Made by a program: the position numbers and the translations under genes. Below are positions 26,992-35,740 of a stretch of 44,699 nucleotides of DNA, piece after piece. The stretch covers positions 1-44,699 of the IMG/VR virus record IMGVR_UViG_3300020045_017028; one strand, 5' to 3'. Source of the DNA: a virus. Taxonomy: Duplodnaviria > Caudoviricetes. Positions within the stretch are counted from its first letter, which is position 1, and each line of letters starts with the position of its first letter. A model generated the notes under the pieces. That model searched no databases and was not told where the DNA came from. It was given only the letters and a program-made list of their open reading frames with translations.

Positions 26992-27193
26992 GGAAATTAA
27001 GTTTATAGTTTAAGTAATTATAATGAGATATATAAACATTATACCATCCAAAAACTTCAATTGCTGTAGATTTATTGTCTTTGTAGCAATCTACAATCAT
27101 TTCGCAAACCTTCATATTTTCATGTTGAGTGTTTGCTGCATCATTGTAAATAGTATCTTGTTTAATATCTTCTTTAATTATTTCAAATTCCAT
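26972..27193 (-). CDS. Hypothetical protein
   Basis: Likely start MEFEIIKED at 27193, which avoids overlap with the upstream gene. Confidence 0.55.
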   Translation of the reverse strand: MEFEIIKEDIKQDTIYNDAANTQHENMKVCEMIVDCYKDNKSTAIEVFGWYNVYISHYNYLNYKLNFHGIQRR

Positions 27194-27194
27194 A

Positions 27195-27389
27195 TTAAGA
27201 TACATTTTCTCCGTTATTGTTTTCGTTAAGGCATTCAATGTAAGCCTTAGCAAGTTTATGAGCATCTTTAGCACACTCTTCTTCATAAGCATATCTTTGG
27301 CAGTTTTCAACCATAAATCGAAGAACTGCTTCCTGGTAGATATTCATTTCTGTAACTTTAACATCGTTACCGTATATTACATTTGCCAT
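27195..27389 (-). CDS. Hypothetical protein
   Basis: 64-aa ORF. Confidence 0.6.
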   Translation of the reverse strand: MANVIYGNDVKVTEMNIYQEAVLRFMVENCQRYAYEEECAKDAHKLAKAYIECLNENNNGENVS

Positions 27390-27729
27390 TGTATAAATAG
27401 TTTTTAAGGTTTAAAAGATATGTTAGCATTGTTTGAGTATGAATCATAGGTACAAGATCTCTTGACATTTCGCACGGATACTGTGGCAAATTATTTGATA
27501 TATCTTCTGTCAATAACTCACTAACTGTACACTGGTATTCGTTAACAGATTCAAACAACGAAACAATTGAAGAGTACGCTTCAATCAATTTATAAGATGC
27601 GTTTTTTAACTTATCAAGTTTTTCAACTTTTTCAGTTTCCTGATCAATAAAGTTTTGTTCTTCAATTTCTTCTAAAGATTGTTTTTTTCCTCTTCCAGAC
27701 ATTTGAATATAACTTGGTGTCTTTTGCAT
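27367..27729 (-). CDS. Hypothetical protein
   Basis: 120-aa helical ORF. Confidence 0.65.
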   Translation of the reverse strand: MQKTPSYIQMSGRGKKQSLEEIEEQNFIDQETEKVEKLDKLKNASYKLIEAYSSIVSLFESVNEYQCTVSELLTEDISNNLPQYPCEMSRDLVPMIHTQTMLTYLLNLKNYLYNGKCNIR

Positions 27730-27739
27730 AGCATTTGTT

Positions 27740-27919
27740 TTAGTTATTAATAATCTGGTTTAGTTCTGAAATTGTATAAGTTGTATCAAGTTGGTCTATA
27801 TCAAAAACTAATTTTGGGCATGACTTATAAAAATTTGTTACGTCACGAATTATCCAAATGTAAGACCAAATATCTTCTCCAAGAATTTCTTCTTTATCAG
27901 AAATTTCATACTTTTCCAT
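27740..27919 (-). CDS. Small hypothetical protein (59 aa)
   Basis: Manual translation MEKYEISDKEEILGEDIWSYIW...; fills the gap exactly. Confidence 0.6.
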   Translation of the reverse strand: MEKYEISDKEEILGEDIWSYIWIIRDVTNFYKSCPKLVFDIDQLDTTYTISELNQIINN

Positions 27920-27920
27920 A

Positions 27921-28151
27921 TCAGTAAGAATTTAAAGATTTAATATATTCAGAGAAATTTGAGTAAACGCTTGACTTACCTTCAACAACTGCATTTAAAC
28001 CAAGTTCAGAAAAAGACTGCATCTCACGAATAACTTTTTTATCTTTTGTGGAATGATAGTGTTCTTTATCTTTCTGTACAGCAGGAATGTCAAACATTGT
28101 CTGTTGTATCACTGTTGTTGGTTTAACTATTTTTTTTGAAGATTTAGCCAT
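27921..28151 (-). CDS. Hypothetical protein
   Basis: 76 aa, TAATG-coupled; contains QQTMF. Confidence 0.65.
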   Translation of the reverse strand: MAKSSKKIVKPTTVIQQTMFDIPAVQKDKEHYHSTKDKKVIREMQSFSELGLNAVVEGKSSVYSNFSEYIKSLNSY

Positions 28152-28420
28152 TACAAAGGTTTAACAAGCATTATTGATTCAAGTTTATAGACCCTGGTAA
28201 AGTTAGCTTTCAGCACATCATTTGCGCACTCAAAATTATCTTCCTTTGAATCGGAAACAAACCTTACCATGTTATTAGATTTAAGCTCTTCGCTGTCTTC
28301 AAGATTTACAAACTTACCAATAATTGGAAGTCTTGAAAAAACATTGAAATGAACTCTAACTTTAATTCCTTGTTCAATAGACCACTCTATCTTTGAAAGG
28401 ATGTCTTGTGTCTTTACCAT
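28151..28420 (-). CDS. Hypothetical protein
   Basis: 89 aa; first gene after the promoter. Confidence 0.7.
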   Translation of the reverse strand: MVKTQDILSKIEWSIEQGIKVRVHFNVFSRLPIIGKFVNLEDSEELKSNNMVRFVSDSKEDNFECANDVLKANFTRVYKLESIMLVKPL

Positions 28421-28442
28421 AGCTTTAATTTTTAATTATACC

Positions 28443-28497
28443 ACAATATACGACATATATATAACAGCGCCAAATATTTTTGTTAACAAAATGTTAA
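28443..28497 (-). promoter_or_regulatory. Bacteroidota-type promoter with upstream TTAAC direct repeat
   Basis: TTTG (28471-28474), 20 nt, TATATTGT (28443-28450); GTTAA-N6-GTTAA at 28482-28497. Confidence 0.65.
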
Positions 28498-28521
28498 ACC
28501 GTAAATTACGTTAAAATATTG

Positions 28522-30729
28522 TTAAAACGGTAAATCTGGTGCGTTTCCTGGCTTTCTGTTTATTCTCTTTGCACCCCATGCCTTAACAACTTTATATTTA
28601 TCAACACGCCTACTTTTGTAAACAAATCCAAGATCTTCCAATTGCTTTCTTAAAACAGGTATGCTGCACTTTTGTCGTGTAAGAAACTCTATCTCAACAA
28701 GGAAATCGCTGGACGTTACAACTTCGTAACCTTCAAGATGATCTTCGCATGGTTCAAAGTATTTCTCAACCAGCTCTCTTTCTTTAACAGCGTATTCATA
28801 CCTATCTTTATTAACATTTAAATAAGGCATATCGGCCCTGGTTATACGCCAGTCGAATCCAGCACGATATAGATTATAAGCCTCAAAGAACAATTCTTTT
28901 TTATCAATACTGTTATAAACCTCTCTATCCAAATCGTCAACCTCTGTTGGTATAATACGTCTATTTGGTGTAGGGTCGTTTATTATTTGTAAGATGTTTG
29001 ATGTTCCACAAAGAACTGAAAGTCGCAATATCTTCTCGTTATTTTCTCTATACGGACGGCGTATATAGTAATGCTGCACAGATGTTAACGCCTTCATTTT
29101 TGCAGCTTCTTGCTTATTTCTTCCTGATAACTCATCATACATTATCATAATGTATTGAGTCATTAATATCTCATCATCTTTACCTTTGTCAAGTTTACTT
29201 TCAGCATAATAAGGGTTAAGTTCTTTTGGTAGCAATCTTCTGTAAAATTCTGTTTTACCTGTTTCAGGTGGCCCTATAAGTATATGCTCTAAAGGGCTAT
29301 GCACCTTATGCATTGCAGATATTATGCTTACGATCCATTTCCTCAAAAAATAAACAGTGTAAGCTGGATTGTCATTTTTTATACAAGACGCAAGTTTATC
29401 TATTAAAGGTGAAGGAAATTTTGACAAATCCTGTTCAACAGCTATAGCTGGAAGGATATATGGCATCCCATCACTATTAAAAAATTCAAAGAACGGATTG
29501 TAAGATTCAACAAAGTCAGACAAAAGCAACCTCTTCATCAAAGGATAGTCTAACTTTGGCATTAATTTTTTTGCGGATATAAACATTGAGTTTAAATCTC
29601 TTTCAGACAGCGATTGTCCACTTGATTCAATATAACCTGTAACATCGTTAAATCTTAATGAATAGTTATTGCTTATGTATAACTCAAGTTCGTTTAATAT
29701 AGACTCTTCGTCTCTTGAATCTGAATATTCTGAAGATTCAAAAATATCCTCAACAAGTTTGTCAACACCTGATATACCTTCATTTTTTAGAAGGTTTTCA
29801 ATTATCTGTTTTGGTTTTAGGCCAACACGCTTACTGCTTTTTGTTGCTTTAAGAACTTTCTTTGTTTGTTCAGAACAAATGTTTATATTATTTATCTTTG
29901 CAAGATAATAAAAACTGGATATACCAACTTTTTTACCTGCACCGTTTGATTTCAAACAGTAATCGTATTGTTTATTACAAACCTTGTACTTGTATTTAGC
30001 AGAAAACTGAGATAAAGCATGAAAATAATCTCTACCTTGTTCACCAAATTGTGTAGATAAAGCCATACCAATCTTCAAGTAGTCTTGATAGCTTTCGCAT
30101 ATACTAACTTGCTTTCCAACTATTTGACTCATTACATATTCGAAATCTCCAGCTGTATGTACATAATCTGTAACTTGCTTATAAACCCTTTCTTTTGGAT
30201 ATTTAGTCCAAACTACAGTAGGGTCTGGGTTTATCCATAAGTATGGATCGTAACTAACTACATACGGTTTGCTTACAGATACTCCATTTGGGTCTACAGG
30301 CAATCCGTACTCATTAAGGATATATTCAGATATACCACGATAAGACTCTTCATGTTTTGCTGGAACAATCTTAAAAAGAACTCGTAAACCATATCCGCTT
30401 GTACTTTGAAATACAGAGAATACGTACTTATCATTCTCAAGCCTTTTCTTTATAGCAACCAATCCTTCAACATGATCTAAATCAATGTTAATAATCTCGC
30501 TATGTTCATCTAATTTATCATTTGATCTATAGCTGAATTTCCCAGACAAGCAGCAAGTTGGCATTTTTTGCTTAAAAATGTCTCTTTCTTTTTGATCTTT
30601 TATTGCTCTGCATTTTTCAACTAGATCTTTCCATTTTCCATCTCTTGTATCTTCGAGATATTGGATTAGGTCTATTAATTCTGGATTTTCAGGGTGTGAA
30701 ACGTCACTAAAAAGACTTACCTTAGGCAT
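28522..30729 (-). CDS. Primase-helicase: BT4734/VirE-N-like + PriCT-2 + VapE P-loop domains
   Basis: N-terminal KQKMPTCCLSGKF..INIDLD..FQSTSGYGL; PriCT-2 YQDYLKIGMAL..GRDYFHALS; Walker A GPPETGKT; MYDEL; RRPY; LCGTSN..NRR. Confidence 0.88.
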   Translation of the reverse strand: MPKVSLFSDVSHPENPELIDLIQYLEDTRDGKWKDLVEKCRAIKDQKERDIFKQKMPTCCLSGKFSYRSNDKLDEHSEIINIDLDHVEGLVAIKKRLENDKYVFSVFQSTSGYGLRVLFKIVPAKHEESYRGISEYILNEYGLPVDPNGVSVSKPYVVSYDPYLWINPDPTVVWTKYPKERVYKQVTDYVHTAGDFEYVMSQIVGKQVSICESYQDYLKIGMALSTQFGEQGRDYFHALSQFSAKYKYKVCNKQYDYCLKSNGAGKKVGISSFYYLAKINNINICSEQTKKVLKATKSSKRVGLKPKQIIENLLKNEGISGVDKLVEDIFESSEYSDSRDEESILNELELYISNNYSLRFNDVTGYIESSGQSLSERDLNSMFISAKKLMPKLDYPLMKRLLLSDFVESYNPFFEFFNSDGMPYILPAIAVEQDLSKFPSPLIDKLASCIKNDNPAYTVYFLRKWIVSIISAMHKVHSPLEHILIGPPETGKTEFYRRLLPKELNPYYAESKLDKGKDDEILMTQYIMIMYDELSGRNKQEAAKMKALTSVQHYYIRRPYRENNEKILRLSVLCGTSNILQIINDPTPNRRIIPTEVDDLDREVYNSIDKKELFFEAYNLYRAGFDWRITRADMPYLNVNKDRYEYAVKERELVEKYFEPCEDHLEGYEVVTSSDFLVEIEFLTRQKCSIPVLRKQLEDLGFVYKSRRVDKYKVVKAWGAKRINRKPGNAPDLPF

Positions 30730-30732
30730 CTA

Positions 30733-32400
30733 TTAAGCTGTTTTTACTTCATTCTTAAATTCTGTGTCTTTATTCCAATCATAAAATTTCGTTGGAAGTA
30801 TCTTGTTGCCTGTGAATCTTTCGCATAGCTTAGTAAAATTACTTTGTGCTAACCTTATATGAAAACCACTATCTCTTATGTCATCTATACGATCAGGTTT
30901 ATCTGCAATAAACTTATCATACCATTCACAACATAATTGATAGTAAATTTTAAAGTATTTATTAACAACATCTTCAGATGGTTCAGAACCAAACGTCTTT
31001 GTCATTTTCTCTACAACCTGTTCACCAAGAGCAAGCATTGGATAATACTCATATTTTTTTCTGTAACGAGATGTTAAACCGTCAACGTCAATACCTTTAG
31101 TTATAAGAATCATTTCTTCAATATCCTGCTCTTGCATTGTTACACGAACAAATTCGTACATGCAAAGTTCTCCATTAGCTTTTTTGAGATTGCAAATACG
31201 TGCAGCAGCATGAACAAGACCTTCGCACTGTGGGCAAGTTTTAACAGGTGCTATACCTTCTCCAGGTACTGGAGGATGGTAAAAGATATATTCCCAATCT
31301 CTATCTTGATTCCAATCACCAAATTTTCCAGTTGCGCTATTACCTCCCATATCAATGATATTGAAGTAATCTTTTGTTTCAAGCTGGTAAGGATACTTCC
31401 ATTGATTTTCCTCAATAAACAATTCGCTCATTACTCTTGAACCTCTTCCACAACATTGAATGAACTTAACTAAAGATAATGTTGAGAAATTAAGTATTAC
31501 GTTTCTTACAGAAGGTTCATCAAAACCTACTGTTGCAATCATAACATTACAAAGAACAGCATCTTTAGTTTCTCTAAACCATTTTAAAATCTCGTCACGT
31601 TCATGCTCGTTGTCTGATCCAAGATGCCTGGCATTTATACCCATAGCTTGAAAACATTCAGCTACTGCATTGCTATGTTCAATATTAACATTAAATATAA
31701 TTGTTTTCTCACGTTTGCACCACTTACGGTATTCTTTAACTACATTTATTATATGCTTTTGAACTTTGTAAGCAGATGCCATCTGAGCAATATTGTAATC
31801 TTCGCTTAATTTATCAACTGCGAAATTTGTTGCATCTACTATATCTTTTGGACAACGCGTAATATTCTGAGAAAGGAATCCAAGTGCTATTAATTCTTCA
31901 ATTTGAGGACCTGGTATTATTGTATTGTAAAATCTTCTTAACGGCATTTTTTTAGATGCTGCTATTGGAGTAGCTGTACAACCTAAAATAAGTTCTTCCA
32001 TAAACATTGGAATAATCTTATTAAAGTTTGCAACGTGGCACTCATCAATAATAACCATGCCTACATTATCGTAAAGATGAGTCCTTGCAATTAAGCTGTC
32101 AACCATTCCTACGTATATCTTATTGCGAGAGTACTTTTTTGTATCTGCATTAATTATATAAGGATTAAAACCTGTTATTTCTTTAATTGTATCAGAAGCC
32201 TGTTTAAGCAACTCTTTACGATTGACTAAAATCAATACAGATTTGTCGTGATTAGATATAAACCATCTTGCTATTAAACAAAACATAACTGTCTTTCCAG
32301 CACCAGTAGGATCTTGCATAAGAACAACACGATCTCTTTTTAAAGCCAGCTTAACCTGTTCAATCTGCTTTATTTGAAAACTGCGATCTTGTATAGACAT
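30733..32400 (-). CDS. Superfamily 2 (DExH) helicase with C-terminal zinc motif
   Basis: Motifs PTGAGKT, IIDECH, TAT, TVGFD, QCCGRGSR and KTCPQC. Confidence 0.92.
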   Translation of the reverse strand: MSIQDRSFQIKQIEQVKLALKRDRVVLMQDPTGAGKTVMFCLIARWFISNHDKSVLILVNRKELLKQASDTIKEITGFNPYIINADTKKYSRNKIYVGMVDSLIARTHLYDNVGMVIIDECHVANFNKIIPMFMEELILGCTATPIAASKKMPLRRFYNTIIPGPQIEELIALGFLSQNITRCPKDIVDATNFAVDKLSEDYNIAQMASAYKVQKHIINVVKEYRKWCKREKTIIFNVNIEHSNAVAECFQAMGINARHLGSDNEHERDEILKWFRETKDAVLCNVMIATVGFDEPSVRNVILNFSTLSLVKFIQCCGRGSRVMSELFIEENQWKYPYQLETKDYFNIIDMGGNSATGKFGDWNQDRDWEYIFYHPPVPGEGIAPVKTCPQCEGLVHAAARICNLKKANGELCMYEFVRVTMQEQDIEEMILITKGIDVDGLTSRYRKKYEYYPMLALGEQVVEKMTKTFGSEPSEDVVNKYFKIYYQLCCEWYDKFIADKPDRIDDIRDSGFHIRLAQSNFTKLCERFTGNKILPTKFYDWNKDTEFKNEVKTA

Positions 32401-32420
32401 ACTTAATTTTTAATGAAATA

Positions 32421-32456
32421 CAAATATAATGCAAAATTATGTTAATAAAACGTTAA
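32421..32456 (-). promoter_or_regulatory. Promoter -7 element with TTAAC direct repeat
   Basis: TATATTTG at 32421-32428; GTTAA-N6-GTTAA at 32441-32456. Confidence 0.55.
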
Positions 32457-33581
32457 TTATCCAAAATCAAATTCTTGTGCTGCAGAACGATCTGTAATTC
32501 TTCTGTTTGTAACTTCGCATTGTAAAGGATCAAGTTCTGATCCAATGTAATCTCTTTTTTCAATAACGCAAGCGTCTCCAGTTGTGCCTGTTCCATTAAA
32601 AGGATCGTATATCAACTGTCCTTTTTCTCCCCAATGATTTAATATTGTTCTTGGAAGATACAAAGGGAATGTAGCCTTATTTAATTTGCGGAACTTATTT
32701 CCAGACGCGTTCATTCCATCCAGCACATTTGAGAAAGAGCCTGAAAATTCACCATCTTTAAAATCACGGCTTTCAGGATTTTGATTTGAGAAAATAAATA
32801 TATCTTCATATTTACTTCTCATAATACCTGGAACAATATGAGGTGCAGCAATCGACTTATTCCAGATTAATTTATCTTTGATTTGATTAACAAACTCTCC
32901 ATGTATCTTTAATACAGTTCGTTTGTTCTTTGTAAGCATTTGTATATTAAAGAATACATGGTACTTAGTAACACGGATGCATTCTCTAATAACTTCAAAT
33001 AACCAATCCTCGTATTCCTGGTCGCTCAATTTATCTTCGTATCCATCAGAGTACATATTTTCGTCTCCGATATAAATTGCATTATTCTTTCCACAAGAAA
33101 CACGAGTTCCTGCATTGTAAGGCGGAGATGTTATAATATGGTCTACATATCCGTCAGGCATACGGCCCATAGTAAGCAAACAGTCTTCGTTGTACACTTT
33201 GTTTCTTTGTGGAATATCTGTGTAAACAATTTTTGGAACTATAACTTTAGGCTCTTCATTGTATATCTCAACTTTAAGTTTTTCTATTTCAGCTTTTTTT
33301 TCTTTAATAGCTTTTTGCTTAACAGGCTTAACTTTTTCATTTCCATGAACTCCTCCCCAACGAAAGTCTTCGTTATCAAAAAGTATTTTGTAAAAATCTT
33401 TTTTACATTCATCTTCTGTAAGAAATTGTTTAGCTATACTCATATCGAATAAACCTCCTACAGATTCGCTATAAATTTTTGTCAATTCAATAGTCTCTCC
33501 GTCATCGGTTTCTGCAGTCTTTTGTTCAATACGGTAAACAAGTTTTGTTTTTTCTTTATCAAGGTAAAATGAGTAATACAT
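32457..33581 (-). CDS. Orphan beta-class amino-DNA methyltransferase (N4-C/N6-A) with N-terminal extension
   Basis: TSPPY catalytic motif precedes the DPFNGTGTTG SAM-binding motif; about 125 aa of unrelated N-terminal sequence. Confidence 0.92.
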   Translation of the reverse strand: MYYSFYLDKEKTKLVYRIEQKTAETDDGETIELTKIYSESVGGLFDMSIAKQFLTEDECKKDFYKILFDNEDFRWGGVHGNEKVKPVKQKAIKEKKAEIEKLKVEIYNEEPKVIVPKIVYTDIPQRNKVYNEDCLLTMGRMPDGYVDHIITSPPYNAGTRVSCGKNNAIYIGDENMYSDGYEDKLSDQEYEDWLFEVIRECIRVTKYHVFFNIQMLTKNKRTVLKIHGEFVNQIKDKLIWNKSIAAPHIVPGIMRSKYEDIFIFSNQNPESRDFKDGEFSGSFSNVLDGMNASGNKFRKLNKATFPLYLPRTILNHWGEKGQLIYDPFNGTGTTGDACVIEKRDYIGSELDPLQCEVTNRRITDRSAAQEFDFG

Positions 33582-34000
33582 TATAAAGAATGGTTTTTTA
33601 ATATTAAAGAATACTGATTAACAATAGACAAAAGGTCTTTTATTTCTGAACACCAAGAGTGCATCATCTTTCGCATTAATCCAAGATCTTCACCTTTTGC
33701 ATACAAACCTATTATAGTTATACCTTTTGCCCATGCAGCACCAACTTCGCAGCAAGCATCTTTTCCTGCAGGACCGTAATATATAACTAAATCAGATTTT
33801 GTTGCTCCGTCTGTATCAAATACAAAAGATTTTTCAGAATCTTCTGTTTTTATCCATTCATCAAAAACAAATCCTTGAGATCCTTCTTTATTACAATTTT
33901 CTATCCAGCTTACAACATAGTGTCCTTTAGATCTTAATATTTCTGTAAGCATTTCTACTCCATGCTTGTTCTTCCAACTTGACGCAATGTAAATTTTCAT
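33581..34000 (-). CDS. Nucleoside 2-deoxyribosyltransferase-like protein
   Basis: MKIYIASSW...D.....SDLVI...GKDACCEVGAAWAKG; likely start at 34000. Confidence 0.75.
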   Translation of the reverse strand: MKIYIASSWKNKHGVEMLTEILRSKGHYVVSWIENCNKEGSQGFVFDEWIKTEDSEKSFVFDTDGATKSDLVIYYGPAGKDACCEVGAAWAKGITIIGLYAKGEDLGLMRKMMHSWCSEIKDLLSIVNQYSLILKNHSL

Positions 34001-34011
34001 AAATTTATTTT

Positions 34012-34299
34012 TTATTGATAATCTAATGAATTTGGAAAATCTGTTTTCTTGCATAAAGAACATTGTGATGTTCCCATGACAATAGGATCTTCGATACTAT
34101 TGTGATAATCATGGATAAGTTTATCTCTTGCTTCTGTTGTAAGGCTTGCCCACTTTCTGTATGTGTGCCAAAATATAAGTTTTCCAGATGCGCTTTGGTA
34201 AACGCTATCTCTTCTTCCGTTATGAGGGCACTTATCGGTAACTCCATCAATAAATGCAATTCCATGTTCAAGTTTAATAACTTCTCCATGAGTATTCAT
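34012..34299 (-). CDS. Hypothetical protein with CxH/CxxC zinc-type ligands
   Basis: KCPH and QCSLCK; likely start MNTHGE. Confidence 0.6.
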   Translation of the reverse strand: MNTHGEVIKLEHGIAFIDGVTDKCPHNGRRDSVYQSASGKLIFWHTYRKWASLTTEARDKLIHDYHNSIEDPIVMGTSQCSLCKKTDFPNSLDYQ

Positions 34300-34443
34300 A
34301 TTTATTTTTAATTTTTTAATTGCTATTATGTAATGCAAAATACGTCTTATTCGCACGGAGAAGCATCAAGAGACGACGATAATATGATAATGATATGATA
34401 ATGCCATAATGACATTTTGACCCGTCACGGGCTTTATTTTACG

Positions 34444-34845
34444 TCAAATACTCACACGTATCTTATTTGACTTTGGCATATACTGAAGAATGTACAACTC
34501 TATTTGCTTTACAGTGTTAACTGTCTGAATAAATGAATTATGTTCAATAACCTTCCAATGGCGACAATCTTCTTGCTTAATTTCAAGGTTAGTTGTAACA
34601 ATTATTAAAGGTTTTTCGTAATCTTTTGCGATGAAAGTGAACTTTTCTCTTGTACGATATGTTTCAGGAACAAACTTTGGCAATTCTCTTAATGAACCTA
34701 TGTTCATAGATATTATATCGCAAAAGTAATGGCGCAACATATCATTCTCTGACTGTGCTTCATAATGCTTAACATTTTGAGATATGTTTTTTACAATTGT
34801 TGACTTACCTGAATAGGCTTTACCTGTTAAGATTATTCCGTTCAT
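34444..34845 (-). CDS. Small P-loop NTPase-like protein
   Basis: IILTGKAYSGKST Walker A and IIVTTN. Confidence 0.7.
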   Translation of the reverse strand: MNGIILTGKAYSGKSTIVKNISQNVKHYEAQSENDMLRHYFCDIISMNIGSLRELPKFVPETYRTREKFTFIAKDYEKPLIIVTTNLEIKQEDCRHWKVIEHNSFIQTVNTVKQIELYILQYMPKSNKIRVSI

Positions 34846-34860
34846 TTTAGATTATTTTAG

Positions 34861-34931
34861 ATGCGAGAGCAGGAATCGAACCTGCGCTGATGCAACAATG
34901 AATGCACAGTCTACCACTAACATATATCGCA
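34861..34931 (-). tRNA. Atypical tRNA with 8-nt anticodon loop TTCATTGT (CAT/Met-like or pseudo-tRNA)
   Basis: Acceptor TGCGATA/TCTCGCA with one mismatch; D loop AGTGGTA; stem GTGCA/TGCAT; T arm GCAGG-TTCGATT-CCTGC; no encoded CCA. Confidence 0.6.
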
Positions 34932-34990
34932 TACACCAACTTATACTTAGTTGGCAAAAGTGTCGGCAAACCGTACAATGCCTGGTCTCG

Positions 34991-35096
34991 TTGCAGCGCC
35001 AAGACTCGAACTTGGATATGACAGATCATTCAGGCTCAGTGAATGGTTAGTCCACCTACCTGTTTGACTCCCGCTTTGCCAATCGGCCACACTGCA
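34991..35096 (-). ncRNA. Expanded tRNA-like RNA (106 nt) without a canonical anticodon arm
   Basis: Acceptor TGCAGTG/CGCTGCA; D region GCCGATTGGCAAAGC; T arm CCAAG-TTCGAGT-CTTGG; ~55-nt central region with a CATTCA/TGAATG hairpin. Confidence 0.65.
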
Positions 35097-35111
35097 AACC
35101 ACTTTGACATA

Positions 35112-35735
35112 CTAGAAAGGTAAATCGTCCATAGCAGCAGATTTATCTTCTTCAGACATTTCTGCCAACGGAGTTCCTGCATTTCCACCTGGCATTCCAT
35201 CAGGAACCCTTCTTTCAAATTCTGCACCATTACCCAAAATAACACCCTGAGTTCTTTGTGCAACCGGCAAATGTTTTTCTTTTTGATAGATTTCGTTTGG
35301 AACGTCCTGGGTTACCATACCAAGATTACCATACTTGTCTACCTCTCCATTTGGCTTCATTTGAAGAGTGCAACTCATGAAAACGTCACCTTTGTCTGTT
35401 ACAGTAAACAAATCTTTGTTTGCTTTACCAACATTGATACTCATTTTGATGAATCTTTTTTGTTCACCTTTTTCGTAGTTGACCGTTTTAGGTCTTTCTT
35501 TTTCTGCCATATTTGTTTGTTTTAATTTAAATCTTGGTTTAATCATTTGTAGGTAAAATTGCCCATACGATTTACCAGTTGGGCAAGATATTTCCTCAAA
35601 ATAATTAAAAGGGACGTTTTCGTAGGTAAGTTTTTCAATATAGTACTTTCTAAAGAAAATTGTTAATTCTCTTAAATCAGGATCGTAGTGTATTTCTTTA
35701 ATTAAGGTTGACTCAACGTTTTCTATCTTGTACAT
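35112..35735 (-). CDS. KTSC domain fused to an SSB-like protein
   Basis: N-terminal VESTLIKEIHYD...YENVP...SYGQFY (KTSC pattern). C-terminal beta domain with DKYGN and ILGN, ending in an acidic DDLPF tail. Confidence 0.75.
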   Translation of the reverse strand: MYKIENVESTLIKEIHYDPDLRELTIFFRKYYIEKLTYENVPFNYFEEISCPTGKSYGQFYLQMIKPRFKLKQTNMAEKERPKTVNYEKGEQKRFIKMSINVGKANKDLFTVTDKGDVFMSCTLQMKPNGEVDKYGNLGMVTQDVPNEIYQKEKHLPVAQRTQGVILGNGAEFERRVPDGMPGGNAGTPLAEMSEEDKSAAMDDLPF

Positions 35736-35740
35736 AGCAT

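Noticed and set aside
34932-34990. tRNA-associated HDV-like (theta) ribozyme downstream of the tRNA-like elements
   Set aside because: Only simple hairpins were found; I could not build the nested double pseudoknot by eye. A pattern search would be needed to exclude it fully.
34847-35263. Minus-strand ORFs 34847-35029 and 35036-35263
   Set aside because: They overlap the tRNA-like elements and the KTSC-SSB gene in another frame; the RNA structure explains the sequence better.
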